Both the position numbers and the translations under genes were made by a program. The notes beneath the pieces are model-generated. The model made no database searches, was not told the DNA's origin, and saw only the letters and a program-made list of their open reading frames with translations. A stretch of 64,000 nucleotides of DNA from Eledone cirrhosa (lineage: Eukaryota). The stretch spans positions 22,568,001 to 22,632,000 of the forward strand of contig OZ024748.1 of NCBI GenBank assembly GCA_964016885.1. The letters are read 5' to 3'. Shown here in pieces: positions 54,254 to 64,000 of this stretch; positions within the stretch are counted from its first letter, which is position 1, and every line of letters begins with the position of its first letter.

Positions 54254-54998
54254 TAAGCTTTTTGGTTGTTAATTGCTTTTTTTCTTGTTTGCTTTTCTTA
54301 TTTTCTCTTTGTTTTATTTTATTTTTAAAACGTATTTTGCAGTTATTTTCTTACAACGATCTTAATTTCTCCACAATGTTAAACCTCAGTCTGGCGATGA
54401 TTGTTCCAGTTGATTCGATTATGGAAACAGCCTACGCTTGAAATTAACGTACAAGTGGCTGAGCATTCCACAGACACAACATACTAGCGGAAATCGTACT
54501 CACGATTATAACACCCTTATTACTAAGCCACATACCTTCTCTTCTCCACAGTATTCTGTTTGTATATATTGCTCTCTAACTCAGAGTGTATATCAACTTC
54601 TAACACCGTTTATGTTTGTATACACACATACACACACATACACACACATACACACACAGTTATACACACACGCATACACACACATACATACATACACACA
54701 CATGCACACACGCACATATATATATATATACATATTCATATATATATGTGTGTGTGTGAGAGTATATATATATATATAGATATATATATACATGTATGTG
54801 TGTAGTAGGTATGTATGTATTATGTATGTATGTATATATTATGTATGTATGTATGTATTTATGAATGTATATATGTGTGTGTGTGTATTTATGTATGTAT
54901 ATATGCATTATGTATGTATATATATATGTATGTATGTATGTACGTATATATATATATGTATGTGTGTGTTTATGTATGTATATATGTATTATGTATAT

Positions 54999-55060
<62 letters not shown>

Positions 55061-55068
55061 GTATGTAT

Positions 55069-55102
<34 letters not shown>

Positions 55103-55114
55103 ATATATATATAC

Positions 55115-55220
<106 letters not shown>

Positions 55221-55290
55221 GATATATATAGATATATTTATATGTATATATATGTATATATATATATATGTATGTATGTGTGTGTTTATG

Positions 55291-55397
<107 letters not shown>

Positions 55398-55923
55398 GGT
55401 TATGAAAACCAATATCAATAGAGTTAGACTTGGTTTTCGTCTTCTTCCGTTGTTCTACACATTGGAAACAGTTTCATCTGATAGTAAACCCTTAGTTATC
55501 TTCCATCTACAATACAACGTAGGGTCTAATCGATATCGATTACATAATAGGAGTATCTGTTCACTAGCAGACACCACCCCAACAATAATAACTTAAAACC
55601 AATGCCGACGACCTTAGAATAAAACGATTTTTTTTTTCCAATATCATTTAAATATTGATTTTTTTTTTTTTTTTGTAGGATACTAATGAAACAAATTGAA
55701 GGGGAAAGAATGTGACTCGGAGATGTTCATCCATTTCTCTAGCGTATTCGATAGCTAAGATATGTCAATAATCTATGTTGGCAATTGAAACTCAATATCA
55801 GAACAAGATTCTCTATTATGTTTTGAAAACTGGCAATATGTGAAAACTTAATGCATCATCACGTGTGCATGTGCATACATATCTGCACATATTAGTTTAC
55901 GTATATCAATATATTTGCCTATT

Positions 55924-55967
<44 letters not shown>

Positions 55968-56105
55968 CATACATATATATGTTTATATATATGTGTGTGT
56001 GTATATATATATATATACATATATATATATGTTTATATATATGTGTGTGTATGTATATATATATATATATATATATACATACATACATATATATGTTTAT
56101 ATATA

Positions 56106-56176
<71 letters not shown>

Positions 56177-56375
56177 TGAGTCCTGTATTTTCGTTGCTGT
56201 GGTAATGCGGCTGGACTGCCGATCGCTATATTTGATTTGCTAAGCTGTCTTATTGTTAAGAAACGTATTGTTATTACTCTGGGGTACTATTCCCATCCGA
56301 GTGCTAAAGCTACATACCGAATTTGCATTGGTTAGCTTGACCGCAAACTAAAGCTTCGTTTATGCTGTACAAAAA

Positions 56376-56413
<38 letters not shown>

Positions 56414-56417
<4 letters not shown>

Positions 56418-56715
56418 AGAAAGTATGACCCAAACGGCAGAGCTCAAGGCGTTCCGACTAAAAAAAGTGACTTTTTTTAGTCCAGAAATAGTCGTTGAAA
56501 CGGATTGAGCTCTGCCGTCGGGATCATGCTTTCTCCTATCTGATTAGTTCTATCGTTACTTTGGTATGTATTGTGTGTTAGTTTCGCCTACCACAATGTT
56601 CGATTTGTCAAGCTATTTAAACGTATGTTATTACTCTGAGGTCCTATCTTATCGAGTGCTTTGCTAACTCATCATTTCATATAAGTAGGCCAGAGATTCG
56701 ATTTTACTGATTTCC

Positions 56716-56720
<5 letters not shown>
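56414..56720 (+). mobile_element. Imperfect fold-back (56414-56538) plus tail, (AT)n-flanked
   Basis: taggagaaagtatgaccc..cggcagagctcaa / ttgagctctgccg..atcatgctttctccta; related to 2278-2418, 25305-25390 and 61996-62200. Confidence 0.7.
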
Positions 56721-56750
<30 letters not shown>

Positions 56751-56755
<5 letters not shown>

Positions 56756-56950
56756 TGTATAGAAGGAGCTTCTACAGGACTAGAACTGTTTCATTCAGAT
56801 GAAATCTTCAGGAAGCTTCGTGAAGATTTCATCTGAATGAAACAGTTCTAGTCCTGTAGAAGCTCCTTCTATACAATAAATGTACTTTACTCTGCCATGT
56901 ATTGAGTGCCTTACTTACTGTGGTTATCCCCGACTCAACCCGGGACCTAC

Positions 56951-56952
<2 letters not shown>
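56751..56952. mobile_element. Near-perfect 130-bp palindrome plus ~70-bp tail, (AT)n-flanked Penelope-type insertion
   Basis: 56751-56815 is the reverse complement of 56816-56880 with one mismatch; apex AAGCTT. Confidence 0.88.
56767..56817 (-). ncRNA. Type-I hammerhead ribozyme in left arm of palindrome
   Basis: AGCUUC-CUGAAGA-uUUCAucUGAAu-GAA-ACAG uucuaguc CUGUA-GAAGCU: stems I, II and III pair, GUA cleavage triplet; the pair at the base of stem II is U.U (suboptimal). Confidence 0.75.
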
Positions 56953-57027
<75 letters not shown>

Positions 57028-57039
57028 TATAAACACATG

Positions 57040-57115
<76 letters not shown>

Positions 57116-57316
57116 TACAGACACAAATATATATATATATATATATATCTTCTTCTTCGCCCACTAATTCCTGGGAGGGTCGTGAGGGCAGAGCCCCCAA
57201 ACACCCTTTCCAGCGGGTCGTATCAGAAAAGTAACCGTCTCCAACTGATCGGGCTGGATCGCCAACCGTGACCATATATATATATATATACATAGGGATA
57301 TATAAACATACATTCA

Positions 57317-57581
57317 TACATGATGGCTGCCCCCTCGTTATCGAGTATGGCCATTGCACGATATACCATTATTAATAATTATTAATTAATTCTATCGTGC
57401 AATGCCTGTGCGTGAAGATATTTTTTAAAGTGAGGAAAGACTGTGCACTGAGCCAATCCCACTCTCTTAGCAACAGTAGCTATAACTCGAAAAGAAGAAA
57501 AGATCATCATCATCGGTAACTACTGAGCCGCAGGTTTTATATCGGCGTTATCCCAGTTTCCTGAGTTGCCTTCTCCTAAAA
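57317..57581 (-). mobile_element. Internally shortened relative of the 17636-18252 repeat
   Basis: Shared colinear blocks; CATA-type flanks. Confidence 0.55.
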
Positions 57582-58478
57582 TACTCACATACATACATCC
57601 ATATATATAGTCATACACACAAACACATACATGCATACACACACGTACACACACATACACACGCGTAATATACACACACACACACACGCGCACAAACATA
57701 TACATGCACATATATATACTCATACACACAAACACATACATGCACACACACACACATATACATGCACACACACACACAAACATATACATGCACATACATA
57801 TATTCTCATACACACAAACACATACATGCACACACACATATACATGCACACACACACACACAAACATATACATGCACATACATATATTCATACTCACAAA
57901 CACATACATGCACACACTCACATATACATGCACACAATCACACACACACGCGCAAACATATACATGAACATACATATAATCACACACACAAACACATACA
58001 TGCACAGACACACATATACATGCACACAATCACACACACACGCACAAACATATACATGAACATACATATAATCACACACACAAACACATACATGCACAGA
58101 CACACATATACATGCACACACACACACACACACACGCGCGCACAAACATATACATGCTCGTATATATATTCATACACACAAACAAATGAGTGAATTTGTT
58201 TACTAGTTTCTGTATTTTAAAGAAACAACGTATACTTTTGTTAACAGGTGTATCTGCATACACACACATACACACACATACACATACACATACACACACG
58301 TACACACACATACACACGCGTACACACACATGCAGACTCACACACACACACATACACACACTCACATTCACTGACACTCACGCACACATACACCTACTAA
58401 CACTTTGTAAATACTTAAATTCTCTCAGAAAATCGCATGTAAATGTGCATAAATATGTTTAGTATGAATTCTTTATAC

Positions 58479-58550
<72 letters not shown>

Positions 58551-58559
<9 letters not shown>

Positions 58560-58993
58560 TAAACGGAATAGAAAATGCTGACAAATTGTTCACAGTTGAA
58601 AAATGGTTTAATTAGGAATAAAAGAGTATTAGTGATTGTATGGGTTAGTATTCAGTTGTGGTTTTAAGTTTTTAAGTTTTTACCGGTTGCGTATTTCTAA
58701 ATGCTTTTCAAAAATAATTTTGAGATAGAGTGTCCGTGCTGTTTGCTCTGATCTGATTAGTTTTGGGAATTCTACCTGTTTTTATGTTAAAAAAGTGGCT
58801 CCAGCGTTATTTTTGTGTTGCAAAATTATTTTTGAAAAGCATTTAGAAATGCGCAACCGGTAAAAACTTAAAAACTTAAAACCACAACTGAATACTAACC
58901 CATACAATCACTAATACTCTTTTATTCCTAATTAAACCATTTTTCAACTGTGAACAATTTGTCAGCATGTTCTATTCCGTTTACCAATATATA
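58551..58993. repeat. Fold-back inverted repeat, ~170-bp arms with ~98-bp spacer and short tail
   Basis: 58551-58722 versus 58821-58993, only a few mismatches; (AT)n flanks. Confidence 0.9.
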
Positions 58994-59050
58994 ATAACTT
59001 GTGTGTTACACCTCTATTCTTTTAACTATATATATATATATATATATATA

Positions 59051-60650
<1,600 letters not shown>

Positions 60651-60651
<1 letters not shown>

Positions 60652-61090
60652 TTATTCAAAATATTAATAAATGAAGACGTTCACATAATCAAAATATATG
60701 TTTTATTATATATATTTTGGGGGTACTGTGCTGTTTTTTCAGTACGTCCTCATCAGATAAAATACATAAATTGATGTACGACATACCTCAACTGTCTTGA
60801 TGGTTTAATTTCAGTGTTGACTGCCAATACTGAAATTAAACTATCAAGACAGTTGAGGTATCTCGTACATCAATTTATGTATTTTATATGATGAGGACGT
60901 ACTGAAAAAACAGCACAGTACCCCCGAAATATATATAATAAAACATATATTTTGATTATGTGAACGTCTTCATTTATTAATATTTTGAATAATATTAATA
61001 ACTCCAGAAAAGTTTCCCAGTTGAGTGCTTTGAATCTATTGTAAAACTATATTCAATGAGTAATCAATGAACCTTATTAACATTTGATTA
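60651..61090. mobile_element. Fold-back element (arms 60651-60819 / 60824-60993) with a hammerhead relic in each arm, plus tail
   Basis: Arm consensus UUUUAU-CUGAUGA-ggacguacug..caguacccc-cGAAA-uauaUAUA-AUAAAA. Confidence 0.8.
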
Positions 61091-61099
61091 TATATATAT

Positions 61100-61183
<84 letters not shown>

Positions 61184-61243
61184 GTTCCACAAGAGTTAGC
61201 TCACCATTAGCGAGAACAATTGTTTCACCTTATTCAAATCATC

Positions 61244-61995
<752 letters not shown>

Positions 61996-61997
<2 letters not shown>

Positions 61998-62200
61998 CGA
62001 GTAGGAGCCCGACGGCTGAGCTCAAGCCGTTTCGACGGCTAATTCTGGACTAGTCAGAATTAGTCCAGAATTAGCCGTCGAAACGGCTTGAGCTCAGCCG
62101 TCGGGTCCTACTCGTTCCTATTACCTACTCTACTACCCTAAGTATTGAGTACTTTGGTGCGTTATGGTCCATCTGGTTCCTTACCACATTTCCTCCGTTA
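61996..62200 (+). mobile_element. Fold-back (61996-62117) plus tail; family of 2278-2418
   Basis: gaacgagtagga.cccgacggctgagctcaagccgtttcgacggctaattctggacta and its reverse complement. Confidence 0.8.
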
Positions 62201-62319
62201 TATATATGTATGTATGTATGTATGTATACACACACATATATATATACCATTTATGTATACAATGACAGAGACAGCGAGCGAGCGAGATATATTATATATA
62301 TAGATAGATAGATAGATAG

Positions 62320-62465
<146 letters not shown>

Positions 62466-62554
62466 TGATACAGTGAGAGAGACAGGGAGAGAGAGGGGGG
62501 GAGGGGAGAGGGAGAGATGGAGAAACATATGTGTATAGATAGATAGTATACATA

Positions 62555-62695
62555 AGGCGTTCGATTGGCGAGATTGTTAGAGTATCGGATAAAAAATCTT
62601 ATAGTAATTATTCTGGTTGAATGGTGAGTTCAAATCCAGCTGAGGTCAACTTTGTCTTTTATCACTCAAAGGTCTATAAGTTGAGTACTAAATGA
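62555..62695 (+). mobile_element. Degenerate tRNA-derived SINE
   Basis: ttggcgagattgttagag..GAGTTCAAATCC..gaggtcaactttgtctttt, matching the SINE family seen at 2502-2688. Confidence 0.6.
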
Positions 62696-63172
62696 TATTG
62701 CGGGAACGTGGGTGACTGTGAGATTATTTTCTAAATCTGTGAGACGGACGTGGGTGACCAATCACATTATACCCTTGATGCATGAAATGCAACAAGGTTA
62801 AGTCGGGATGCTGTTTAAGGATGAATGGGGATGCGGTTATCAAGCATTTGTTCCCCCTCAACTAACAAGCTACAACAACCATTCGCAGAAATTGTAGAAC
62901 GAGCTAGACGGTGCTAGACCGATGTACTGCATAGCACAGAGAAGTTTAAAATACCCTCTCTCTCGTTCTCTCTCTCTCTCTCTCTCTCTACCCCTCTCTC
63001 TCTCTCTCTCTCTCTACCTCTACCTCTTTCTCTCTCTATCTCTATCCCTCCCTCTTTCTTTCTTTCTTTCTGTCTCTCTCTCTCTGCATATATATATATA
63101 TGGAGAGAGAGAGAGAGAGAGAGGAAGAGATAGAGAAATATACATATATATATATGTGTGTGTGTATGTATG

Positions 63173-63236
<64 letters not shown>

Positions 63237-63251
63237 GTGTGTGTGTGTATG

Positions 63252-63348
<97 letters not shown>

Positions 63349-63483
63349 ATATATATACACACATATATATATATATATATATAATATATATATATTATAT
63401 ATATATATACACATATGTGTGTACAAACCAGCACACAGACATACGCACATACTCAATTAAAAAAATACAAACGCGCGCACACA

Positions 63484-63529
<46 letters not shown>

Positions 63530-63709
63530 GAGACAGACGCTAAGTAGAAGCTGTTTGATTGCAAGTTTATCACTTGGGACGCTACTCTGTTTTCATGCAC
63601 ACCACTGCAAAATATATCGATATATTTTAGCAAGTGTAACAGAACTGTCTGAAGTGTCTGGTTGTCACGGCAACTACATTCCTACATCTAGACCGCCGCC
63701 AGTCGAAAG

Positions 63710-64000
63710 CCACCACCACCACCACCACCAAGCACCACCACCATCACCACCAGCACCACCAAGCACCACCACCAACATCACCACCAGCACCACCAAGCAC
63801 CACCAGCACCACCATCACCACCAAGCACCACCACCATCACCATCACCTCCAGCACCACCAAGCACCACCACCATCACCACCAGCACCACCAAGCACCACC
63901 ACCACCACCACCACCATCACCACCAAGCACCACCACCATCACCATCACCTCCAGCACCACCAAGCACCACCACCATCACCACCAGCACCACCAAGCACCA
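63710..64000. repeat. CAC-rich compound trinucleotide repeat running off the window
   Basis: Units of caagcaccaccaccatcaccaccagcaccac. Confidence 0.9.

Noticed and set aside
54245-54260. Plus-strand splice donor (GA|GTAAGC) closing a giant exon
   Set aside because: Created by the array truncation junction; the plus frame has internal stops and frameshifts and no good acceptor or start.
28594-54272. Giant ORFs (1000-5592 aa) as a real repeat protein, e.g. reflectin- or mucin-like
   Set aside because: Open on both strands and in several frames purely because of unit composition; scattered stops and frameshifts; the unit derives from a retrotransposon 3' end.

Overview
AT-rich, microsatellite-dense eukaryotic (metazoan) DNA. 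The SINE and Penelope repertoire suggests a cephalopod such as Octopus (inference). No host protein-coding gene is confidently recognisable. Left part: a frameshifted Neptune-type Penelope element; a head-to-tail stack of three Tx1/L1-clade LINEs (one near full length) all sitting in (GATA)n; tRNA-derived SINEs; a 24-25 bp minisatellite; an RTE relic. The centre is a ~25.4 kb array of a 78-bp unit (~326 copies) with higher-order duplications. Its monomer can be traced to the ORF-stop/3'-UTR of a CRE-like (restriction-like endonuclease) retrotransposon, an unamplified copy of which lies 9 kb away in inverted orientation. The giant ORFs over the array are compositional artefacts. The (AT)n tracts host at least eight fold-back elements of probable Penelope origin. 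Several carry minimal type-I hammerhead ribozymes, and their otherwise unrelated tails share a covarying bulged stem-loop. A non-autonomous Helitron with internal ~153-bp repeats lies at 59.05-60.65 kb. All coordinates and alignments were read by eye.
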